Source: an uncultured Chthonomonadaceae bacterium (GTDB lineage Bacteria; Armatimonadota; Chthonomonadetes; Chthonomonadales; Chthonomonadaceae). Taken from it: a DNA stretch of 64,000 nucleotides. The first letter of the stretch is position 1, and each line of letters opens with the position of its first letter. A model generated the notes under the pieces. It searched no databases. It saw nothing but the letters and a program-made list of their open reading frames with translations, and was not told the DNA's origin. The translations under genes were made by a program, and so were the position numbers. Positions 51,633 to 59,602 of the stretch are shown here, in pieces. The DNA lies in contig CAWIEK010000044.1 of NCBI GenBank assembly GCA_963835065.1, positions 32,001 through 96,000 on the forward strand, read 5' to 3'.

Positions 51633-53278
51633 CGCGCAATCTCCGCAAGGATTCGATACCAGCCCAGGGAAAAGTTTTGTTCCAGGCAGGAAGCCGCGTG
51701 GTGCGCCATGTCTTTGAGCAGATAATCCGGCAGCGCAATTGTCGGCTTGACCGGCAGCGTCAGGCGCATGACCGGCGAAATCGGCAGGGAGGGGGCGGCT
51801 TCCTCCGGCGCATTCGCGCCTTCGGTGGGAAGCGGCGGCAGAAACGCGGGCTGATAGGAGAGAAACGGTTCTGCCATGCGCGAAGGCCAAAGATAACTGT
51901 CCCATAGCGTCGGTTCCTGTACGCGCGCATTCACGCCTTCCAGCCGGAACTGCGCGCGGCTGATGTCGAAGCAGCGATGGCAGTCCGGGAGATGCCGTAA
52001 AAATTCCTGCAATTCCCCGAACGTCAGCATCCGGGAGCGCAGGAAAATCCACTGCCACCAGAAGCGGCAGGCGTCGCCCGTCGGGTCGCTGAAATCCAGC
52101 GTCAGCCCGCCGACGGGAAACAGGCTGATGTCAAATTTCGAAGGCGCTGCCTCGCGCTGATTGTCCGGGTCGCTGACAATTTCGCGGCGTTCGCGGCGCG
52201 CGGCGGGTTCTGACGCCTCAAATTCGGCAGGTTCAATCGTGCCCCGGCTGCCGTAATAAACGCGCGCTTCCTGGGCCTGATTGCCACACGCCACGCGCGT
52301 TTTGTTGCCCTCATGGCGCAGCGGCGCGGCCTCCCAGGTGTCCCCGCTCACGCCCGCCGCCGCGAAAACGCCCTTCAAATCATCGAAGATAATCTCGATT
52401 TTACCCATTACCAGGTCGCGGCGCGTCGGCTGCCAGTCCATCTTCATTTGCGCCGCGACAACGGGATTGAGCAGCAGCCAATCGTCGCCCTCCGCGAGCC
52501 GCTTGCGCAAACCCGCGCCAATCTCATCCTCCATCGTGACCGACAACGCGATCTGCGTGGCTTCCCCCCGGCTTCCCCCTGTCTGCCCGTATGTGGGCAG
52601 CGCAGCAAAAGGAGACGGACTCGAACCGGACGGGCTTGCGAAACCTGTGGAAAAACGGAGATGCAGGATTTTGCGGGAATAGGGATAAAAGGGCGGCAGC
52701 CAGGTTTCCAGCGCGGGCGTGGTGGGCGCGGACAATCGCAGCGACTGCTCCAGTTCGCAATACCCTACGTACCGCTCCACCTGCACCGAACAGGGGCGTC
52801 CATCAATCTGCGCGCGCCACGTCGCTTCCGCCAGGCTCGCAACCGCTTCTTCTTCGGCGGCAATGCAGACCAGCATCCCCATTTCCGGGTCGGTTAAATC
52901 GGGTTCCTCCGTTCCGGGGATATGGCGCAACGTCCAGAAGCAGGAGTTTTCGCTGACGCGGCAGTTCTGCGTGAAAATCGGACGAATCCAGCCTTCACCG
53001 CATGGCGTCCAGGGCTCCCGATGTTCGTCAAACGCCACATCGCGCCGACGAATCAGGGGCGTGGCGGCGGGACTGGTTTGCGATGACGTGATCTGCTGCC
53101 AGGCGGGGCTTTGCGGCAGCAGCAATCCCTGCATGGGAAACTGCCAGACGCCCTGCGGCAAAATCTGCGCCGAAATCTGCCCCGCCACATGTCGGTGCGC
53201 CTGTTCCAGCCGCTTCGCCAGAAGTTCGTTCCACTTGTCGAGAAAATTTTCAAAAGGCCGGCTATAGGTGTCTGTCAT
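51629..53278 (-). CDS. Divergent TssF-like baseplate subunit
   Basis: 549 aa; AQILPQ..FPMQGLL, LLLNPVVA, RSRMLTFGE resemble TssF motifs; synteny. Confidence 0.55.
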   Translation of the reverse strand: MTDTYSRPFENFLDKWNELLAKRLEQAHRHVAGQISAQILPQGVWQFPMQGLLLPQSPAWQQITSSQTSPAATPLIRRRDVAFDEHREPWTPCGEGWIRPIFTQNCRVSENSCFWTLRHIPGTEEPDLTDPEMGMLVCIAAEEEAVASLAEATWRAQIDGRPCSVQVERYVGYCELEQSLRLSAPTTPALETWLPPFYPYSRKILHLRFSTGFASPSGSSPSPFAALPTYGQTGGSRGEATQIALSVTMEDEIGAGLRKRLAEGDDWLLLNPVVAAQMKMDWQPTRRDLVMGKIEIIFDDLKGVFAAAGVSGDTWEAAPLRHEGNKTRVACGNQAQEARVYYGSRGTIEPAEFEASEPAARRERREIVSDPDNQREAAPSKFDISLFPVGGLTLDFSDPTGDACRFWWQWIFLRSRMLTFGELQEFLRHLPDCHRCFDISRAQFRLEGVNARVQEPTLWDSYLWPSRMAEPFLSYQPAFLPPLPTEGANAPEEAAPSLPISPVMRLTLPVKPTIALPDYLLKDMAHHAASCLEQNFSLGWYRILAEIAR

Positions 53279-53321
53279 ACTCTGCCAGGTTACTCTGCGG
53301 GCTTGCTCAGTTCAGGAAGCC

Positions 53322-53747
53322 TTAGCCTAAAATATCGTTCTGAATGTATTGCAGCAGTCTATGGATTGTTCGCGCTTCAAGAGTACTCCGTGTTTTTGCT
53401 AAAGCAGCTAGGCGTGTTCTATGTCCCTGATCAAGCGCGCCGGCAACCTGCTGGCGATCCAAATCCCGTAACCCGTCAGCAACCGTGACCAACAACTCAC
53501 CATCTGCTGCGTCCAGCATCTGTATCATCAGAGGAAGCGCATATCGCAACTCTCCATGAGGAAGGATTTGAGCGAGATAGCGCTGCCATTGTAGAGGTTT
53601 TTGGCGCCAAATCCTGTTTAGCGCGTCCCAATCGTCAGATGTCAACGGCCCTATAAGCGTGTGAGCATAAAGGATAACATCATCTGACCAGTAATCCACA
53701 GAGTAGTCCTGACTGAGACAGTCATCAAGCATAGCTAGTGTACTCAT
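53322..53747 (-). CDS. Putative immunity protein for the EndoU toxin
   Basis: 141 aa helical ORF 9 nt after the toxin stop; same low-GC block. Confidence 0.7.
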   Translation of the reverse strand: MSTLAMLDDCLSQDYSVDYWSDDVILYAHTLIGPLTSDDWDALNRIWRQKPLQWQRYLAQILPHGELRYALPLMIQMLDAADGELLVTVADGLRDLDRQQVAGALDQGHRTRLAALAKTRSTLEARTIHRLLQYIQNDILG

Positions 53748-53756
53748 AATAATCCT

Positions 53757-54950
53757 TTACCATTGGGACGGGTTTCCACCTGTCGGGTAGGAAGAGGTAA
53801 TATTACCTTGCGCATCTTTAATCACTTCCCATTGAACGCCATCCACAGTTTGCCTGTGCAGGGTGGCGCCATCCCTGACACGCGATGCGACTTCCGGGGT
53901 GTCTGCTACCTTTCCAGTCGTATCAAGTATCTTCTGATCAGTCCAGTCATCAGGCGCTAAAGTGGACTGTTTGATTTTAGAAAGATTTCCGTCTGGAAAT
54001 TGAGTTACAAACTTGACTTTTGAAGTGCCGTCAGGATAGGTTTCAAGAACCTCATGGTCGAAATTGGGCGATGTTTTGATTTGAGGAGAATGCCCTCCAA
54101 TAACTTCGTTGGACATTCCTCCTGGTGAATTAGCATTTGGCACTCGTTGACTGTAAAGAATCTTCTGCTCCATTTCAGGAGTAAGTCTCTGGCTTGCAGG
54201 AACTTCGACTTCACCCGGAACGAACTTTCCCGCAAGCCCACTGCCGAGCGCAGCACCCGCAAAGCCACCTGCAAAGGTTAGAACTTTCTGACCGGTAGAC
54301 CCCTCTCCGAAAATCTTGCCGCCTGCCCAATGCCCGCCCATACCGCCGCCGATGCCGCCCAAAAACCCGCCGCCCAGCCTGGCGGCGATAGCAGCCATGC
54401 CTAATCCCCTGGCGGTCATTGCCAGGCCACCGCCGGCCAATCCCAACACCAGCAAGGCTGCCTCAGCCTGCCAGGGAACTTCGCTATGGATGTCCGCGCA
54501 GGTATGTACCGGGCCGCCAATCAAAACGGTGGAACACCCTTGCGCGATGACAAAGCCGCATACGCCCTTATCTGTTTTACGCGCCGCGTGCAAGCCTTCA
54601 ATCAAGACGGTTTCGCTGCCCTGCGCGACCAGAGACACTTTATGGGCGACGCAAGCAACCTTACTGCCACATGCAATGGCCGCCTGCCGTCCGTCGCCTC
54701 CAATGTAAACTGTGGCTGCTCCCGTGATGATAGGGCCACTGTCGGCAGGGATCATGGAGCCAACAACTTCGCCTATCATCCCTCCCAGAGACGCTCCCGT
54801 ACACGCCGCGCCCGCAATCGCCAGCGCCGCCGCGCCGCCGGTCGCAATGATTGCCGCGCCAATCACTGCGCCCGCAAGCGCGCCCACTATCAACCCCGCG
54901 AATGCAGAGGAATGTGAAACCTGATCTCCTATTCGCGCGGCTTCCGGCAT
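53757..54950 (-). CDS. prePAAR-TMD-PAAR-TMD effector with C-terminal EndoU-like RNase
   Basis: AARIGDQVSH prePAAR motif; Gly/Ala TM hairpins; GSETVLIEGLHAARKTD; GGH...KQSTLAPDDW...ITSSYP EndoU pattern. Confidence 0.85.
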   Translation of the reverse strand: MPEAARIGDQVSHSSAFAGLIVGALAGAVIGAAIIATGGAAALAIAGAACTGASLGGMIGEVVGSMIPADSGPIITGAATVYIGGDGRQAAIACGSKVACVAHKVSLVAQGSETVLIEGLHAARKTDKGVCGFVIAQGCSTVLIGGPVHTCADIHSEVPWQAEAALLVLGLAGGGLAMTARGLGMAAIAARLGGGFLGGIGGGMGGHWAGGKIFGEGSTGQKVLTFAGGFAGAALGSGLAGKFVPGEVEVPASQRLTPEMEQKILYSQRVPNANSPGGMSNEVIGGHSPQIKTSPNFDHEVLETYPDGTSKVKFVTQFPDGNLSKIKQSTLAPDDWTDQKILDTTGKVADTPEVASRVRDGATLHRQTVDGVQWEVIKDAQGNITSSYPTGGNPSQW

Positions 54951-54968
54951 AATCAACAGTCCCCAGGT

Positions 54969-55391
54969 TCAGCGCAGCAGGCTGAAACTCTCAACCAGCG
55001 ATGCAAGCTGCTTTTCGTAGCGGTCGAAATTTACTTCTAAAGCGGTGGCCGTCAGCGTCAAAGCGAGCTGATTGGAATAGAAATAGTATTGATGCTGACG
55101 CATCATACCGTTCTCGGAACGCCAGGTAAAATTGGCTCGGATCGTGTGCCTGCCCCCAATAGCGGCAGGGCGCTGCTCAAGCAGAAGAAACCCGTTCAGA
55201 TTTGCCTCTAAGACTTTCAATTGCCTGGCTGCGTAACTGTTCACATCTTCGTCGGCTCTGGCGTCTTCTCGATTCATCACGACATTGAACTCGCCCGGAC
55301 TGGCTCCCGCATTGGTAAAGATGTGAACAGACAGGTCTTTCCACCCTTCGGGCAGGAAGAAGGATCCCTCATTGAACTTGTATAAAGGCAT
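54969..55391 (-). CDS. Eag/DcrB (DUF1795) effector chaperone
   Basis: YKFNEGSFFLPEGWKDLSVHIF...LVESF; directly upstream of a prePAAR effector. Confidence 0.85.
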   Translation of the reverse strand: MPLYKFNEGSFFLPEGWKDLSVHIFTNAGASPGEFNVVMNREDARADEDVNSYAARQLKVLEANLNGFLLLEQRPAAIGGRHTIRANFTWRSENGMMRQHQYYFYSNQLALTLTATALEVNFDRYEKQLASLVESFSLLR

Positions 55392-55519
55392 ATACGCTTC
55401 CCTCATTATCCCAAGACCGGAAGATAGTTGTTTTAGAGACGGTTTCGCCCGCCTGCGGGGCCGCAGCAGCACTTGCCGGTGGCATTGCGGCGACCCGCTT
55501 ACTTTTGGATTGCTGATTC

Positions 55520-56296
55520 TTACGGATGGTGAGACTGTACAGGCAGATCACCCGGCAGGATAGGCCGACTAAGCTCGCCGGTATATTTCAGCACTTGCAG
55601 GCCCGTACCCGGAACGGGTACAGAAGAGCGCAGCAGTTCTATATCTTTGTCTGACAGTCGGGTCTTTACGGCTGCTGCATTTAAATCCAGCGCCGTTGAG
55701 CCGAGGAAAGCTGAAGGTGTCGCTGTCACATCGGGCCGCGCGGTGACATATTGAACGATTAGCTCGATCTGCTTCGCCTGGACAGGCGCCATAGGGATGG
55801 TATCATTTCTGAAGAAATAGGCGCTGTGTTCTGAAACAGGAACAGGAACCTCAATATCCAACTGCAGATCAGAATGTGCCTTAAGGCGGGTGGCACAGGG
55901 CCGATTGGAGTAGGTAACCAGCCTTTTGGGGAGTGGAGACGCGCCTAATAACAGGCGTAATGTCCCATCTTGAAAGAAGCAGTAGACGTGTTCCGGGTCA
56001 AGAACGGGATGATTATTTTTGGCCTCCAACCGCCACAGACGGTTTAGCACATAAATGTCTTCATTGCCAGAGTTCGTTATGTGTATGCCGACACGCAAAA
56101 TAGAGGCGCTGGTCACTGTGAAATTTGTTTTCATATGAACCGAACCCCGCGTAGAAGTTGGGTCGGAACTTGGCGTTCCGCTGCCAAGCGGCACATTTTG
56201 GCCGACAGTGTTCATGCTTTTGCTCCTTATTTTGTTTTTATCGTCTTTGGCGAGACTACGACAGGCAAGATTGCAGCCTAAGGCTGCAATCAACAT
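55520..56296 (-). CDS. Hypothetical protein, candidate immunity for the VgrG peptidase; start uncertain
   Basis: Directly downstream of vgrG, lower GC; possible lipobox-like ALGC near the N-terminus. Confidence 0.5.
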   Translation of the reverse strand: MLIAALGCNLACRSLAKDDKNKIRSKSMNTVGQNVPLGSGTPSSDPTSTRGSVHMKTNFTVTSASILRVGIHITNSGNEDIYVLNRLWRLEAKNNHPVLDPEHVYCFFQDGTLRLLLGASPLPKRLVTYSNRPCATRLKAHSDLQLDIEVPVPVSEHSAYFFRNDTIPMAPVQAKQIELIVQYVTARPDVTATPSAFLGSTALDLNAAAVKTRLSDKDIELLRSSVPVPGTGLQVLKYTGELSRPILPGDLPVQSHHP

Positions 56297-56339
56297 TATA
56301 CATCGCCAGCGCTTTTTATATTGTGTTTGCACACTACAT

Positions 56340-58772
56340 TTAAGGCTGCGACGGAGGCGTGTTGGGAACAAAAGCATTGTCAGCATCAGAATGATTTACC
56401 CTGTGGTATGGATAGCCTATGTCGCGCAGATAATCTGCTTCCGAAGGCGTTCCTGTTGAAATTGTAGTTTTTTCTTCCAGTGTGTCGAAGACCGGGTCCG
56501 GCGCGCAGTCGCCAATGCCGTTCATCTGATGCGCGCCATGTGTCATTTCGTGAAACAAAATGGCATCATTAGGAACCGGATGTGCCGGATCAAGGGAGTT
56601 TGTAAGCGTTAGATCCGGCAGAAGCCTTACAGTGGTATCAGCCCCCGTTCCAGTACCAATGCGCTGTGTTACGCCATCAGCCTCCATAACGGGTGCCCCG
56701 GAGCCGTAGAATACAGGTTTACCTACAGCCGTAGACGCTTGCCATTCATCATCGGTATCCGGGCCGCAATCGCTGTTTGGTCCGTTTGGATCGTTAGCTG
56801 GATACTCGGTAATCTTCATGTTGTGTCCGCTCTCATCAATGCTGTTGAGGGTCTGCATACCGGAATCGGTAGTGGCAATTTTGTCAAGCCGATCCAATGC
56901 CTGCGCCTGGAAAGCGGGCGTACCGTGAATGGTAATAGCCCTGCCTACTTTGGTGTCCCCGTTGGGCAGCTTCGTAACGGCCATTCCTCCAACAGTACGC
57001 GTTGCCGCAGTGCCCGTTCCCGCGCCTCCTGCTGGCCCTGCTCCCACGCCTAAACTCGTGTCCAGGTGCAGGGGTGACATGGAGGTGGGTCCACAGTTGA
57101 TCATAACGAGCGGCGTTCCGTCTATCTTGACAGTTCCCTTTGTCGCCTTCATCTGGATCGTGCCCGCTTCCAGCATCAACTGGTTGTCGGCGTGCATGTA
57201 GATGCTGCCCGAACAGAAGATGTCAAGCTGCGCGGGGCCACTCCCCTTCTCGAAGTGAATACGATCACTCCCCGAACTTGTCAGGTCCATCACCACTGTC
57301 TCTTTGCCGCCCTCGATCTCGCCCCGAAAGATCAACTTGTCCTTACAGCGTATCTCTACAATGTCGGTGGCGCCTTTGTCTTTCGTCGTCATGCTCACCA
57401 GATTACCCGAAGGTGTCCGCCACAACTTGGTTTCATCCGGCGCATACACAAACCCCTGCGCCGCATGTTCACGCACCGACCCGATCACGACTGCATCGCT
57501 GTCCCAACCATCTAAGAACTGCACAAGCACATGCTCGCCCACTTCCGGCAGCGACAGAAAGCCCGACGTGCCGGTCTTGCCCTTCAACCCGCCATATGGT
57601 GTGACGGTTTGCAGCCAGCACAAGCGCGTAAACGGCGTCGCTTCCAGCGGCTCCCAATCGAACTCCACCTGAATACGCCCGCTCTTGGTCGGATCGTCGC
57701 TATTGTTCTTGGTCACATGCGCCCACAGGCACTGCATCGGCCAGTTGGTGCGCCGCAAGCGGGGAAGCAGGGGCATCAGTTTGTCTAAGAGCGCGAACTC
57801 CTGCGACACGGCTTCGCTGCCATGTCCTTGTATGGTCACGTCGCGCACCAGCCAGGGTTGTTCGGCAAAGTTGACCAACGCGCCAGGCGCAAAGGCGTAC
57901 ACGCCTCCCATCCAGCGCGCCCGGCACACAACCGTGTTCACATCCAGGTTGGTCGCATCCTCTAACTTCTGTTCCTGCTGGTACTGCGCATGATGGGGCG
58001 CGTCCGCTTTCGGTTCGTACAGGTGCCCCGGCGCGCGCGTCAAACCCGCGTTGAACTCCAGCACCTTAGAACGCGCAATACCCGGCGACGCGCTGCCGGT
58101 GCCCTGCGCGGTTGTTTGTATGGGAACCAGGCCCGCTTCCAGACTGGTCGTATTCCAGTGCCTATCCGCGCTCGGAAACTCGTCGCCTGCCGGAACGCTC
58201 GGTTTGCCGATCAGCACTTTGCGGTTGAGGTCGTCAACGGCTAGGGGAATGCCCCACGCATGCAGCATCCGGCACAAGTAAGCAAAATCGGTTTCTTCGT
58301 ACTGGACGCTGAGGGGTATCTTTACGCTTCCTGTTGCGCTCGCCCCGCCTTCGCCGAAGTCAAGTTCTCCCTTGTTCTTGCCGATGAGGTAATCGCACAC
58401 ATCTTTGAGCGTACAGCTTTCCCACACGCGGAAGTTGCGGATTTGATCCAGGCGCGCGCTGTAGGACACGCACTCGAAGTGGAAGTAGGCGCGGTGTTCC
58501 AGCCGTTCGGCGCGCACGGAGCGCACATAGCCCCGGAAGCAGTCCACCGTTTCGCTGTCATCCTTAGAATGCCAGCGCAGCAGCACATCGGCGTTGAGGG
58601 TTTTTGCGCCTTTTTCGGCAAGAGCGGCGTAGGTATCGGCTTCCTGATCGTCGGTTCCGAGCGTACAATGGGCCGTGCCGTGCGTGTACAGGCGGCGGAC
58701 GATGGACACATCGGCCAGTTCCGTTTTGGCGATCAGCCCGTTGATTACACCCGACACGATCTCGAACGACAT
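56340..58772 (-). CDS. vgrG: Evolved VgrG with C-terminal HExxH zinc metallopeptidase (M91/NleD-like)
   Basis: VQYEETDFAYLCRM, DPTKSGRIQVEF, LPEVGEHVLVQF, VMINCG, then a G/A/T linker and ILFHEMTH. Confidence 0.88.
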   Translation of the reverse strand: MSFEIVSGVINGLIAKTELADVSIVRRLYTHGTAHCTLGTDDQEADTYAALAEKGAKTLNADVLLRWHSKDDSETVDCFRGYVRSVRAERLEHRAYFHFECVSYSARLDQIRNFRVWESCTLKDVCDYLIGKNKGELDFGEGGASATGSVKIPLSVQYEETDFAYLCRMLHAWGIPLAVDDLNRKVLIGKPSVPAGDEFPSADRHWNTTSLEAGLVPIQTTAQGTGSASPGIARSKVLEFNAGLTRAPGHLYEPKADAPHHAQYQQEQKLEDATNLDVNTVVCRARWMGGVYAFAPGALVNFAEQPWLVRDVTIQGHGSEAVSQEFALLDKLMPLLPRLRRTNWPMQCLWAHVTKNNSDDPTKSGRIQVEFDWEPLEATPFTRLCWLQTVTPYGGLKGKTGTSGFLSLPEVGEHVLVQFLDGWDSDAVVIGSVREHAAQGFVYAPDETKLWRTPSGNLVSMTTKDKGATDIVEIRCKDKLIFRGEIEGGKETVVMDLTSSGSDRIHFEKGSGPAQLDIFCSGSIYMHADNQLMLEAGTIQMKATKGTVKIDGTPLVMINCGPTSMSPLHLDTSLGVGAGPAGGAGTGTAATRTVGGMAVTKLPNGDTKVGRAITIHGTPAFQAQALDRLDKIATTDSGMQTLNSIDESGHNMKITEYPANDPNGPNSDCGPDTDDEWQASTAVGKPVFYGSGAPVMEADGVTQRIGTGTGADTTVRLLPDLTLTNSLDPAHPVPNDAILFHEMTHGAHQMNGIGDCAPDPVFDTLEEKTTISTGTPSEADYLRDIGYPYHRVNHSDADNAFVPNTPPSQP

Positions 58773-58844
58773 CTAAAGATACTCCACGAATGTCGCGCCA
58801 GGGCGACATCTCACGACAAGATATTACAAACAAGGCCGGCTTTG

Positions 58845-58903
58845 AAAAAAGATACGGACAGGATGCGCAGGCATCTTCAAGAAGCGCCTGCGCATCCTGT
58901 CCG
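58845..58903 (-). terminator. Intrinsic terminator between the hcp-like gene and vgrG
   Basis: 18-bp perfect stem, 58855-58872 against 58886-58903, followed by T6 on the minus strand. Confidence 0.8.
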
Positions 58904-58910
58904 GCGCGGT

Positions 58911-59345
58911 TTAGTTTTCGGCTGCCGTGCCGGCCGAGACGTCAATGAGGTTCTTGCTATCGTAGTTGACGGTTCCGGGCAACGCGGCCATAATGTTGAC
59001 CGTGATGGTGGAACCTGTCAGCTGCAAGTCCGTGCCGACGCCGCCTGCCGTGACATCCGATCCCCATTCGTTTTCCGCATAGCTGCTGACCCAGGCGTGA
59101 GGAATTATCCAGTTGTGCTGCGGCTTCTCATCGCGGCTTTCCGTGCTCAATTCCACTTTCTTGAAGCGGTCCGGGCCGGCTTTGGCCTTTACCCAGTCGG
59201 CGAGCAGCGTGTCTTCAGTCAGCCGCACAATGACTACCATCCCGGCGATGGGCACTTTGAGCGGTTCGCGGCTGTCGCCATGTCCAATGTTCACGGTTGC
59301 GCGCAGCACCTGCTGAATCTCGGTGCCATTGATTTTCAGTTTCAA
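58911..59345 (-). CDS. Hcp/TssD-like tube protein
   Basis: About 144 aa, beta-rich; LADWV...FKKVEL...AWVSSYAE; lies between sheath-like gene and vgrG; TTG start with AAGGAG RBS. Confidence 0.7.
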   Translation of the reverse strand: MKLKINGTEIQQVLRATVNIGHGDSREPLKVPIAGMVVIVRLTEDTLLADWVKAKAGPDRFKKVELSTESRDEKPQHNWIIPHAWVSSYAENEWGSDVTAGGVGTDLQLTGSTITVNIMAALPGTVNYDSKNLIDVSAGTAAEN

Positions 59346-59602
59346 CGTTTTACTCCTTGTCAGTTGCAAACTTCGAGTTCAAAACTAGTTCCAGGACGAT
59401 TTTGAAAAGGCGCTTGCCGGGATGCGGCAGGGCATTTCCCTTTGCGCATGTAGAGCGTTCGCCTTTGCGCATGAAAATGTCGAAGTGTCCGCTCCTGGAA
59501 TACCGAACACCGGAACGCCGGCATCTTCATACAATGTCACCAGTCCCTAGTGGCTAATCAATAGTGGCTGGCCGAAAAATGGTTTGTCGCTAACGTCGTT
59601 GT

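Noticed and set aside
51633..52058. N-terminal extension of the 700 aa ORF
   Set aside because: Overlaps the TssF-like gene; ATG 51632 with ATGA coupling is the better start
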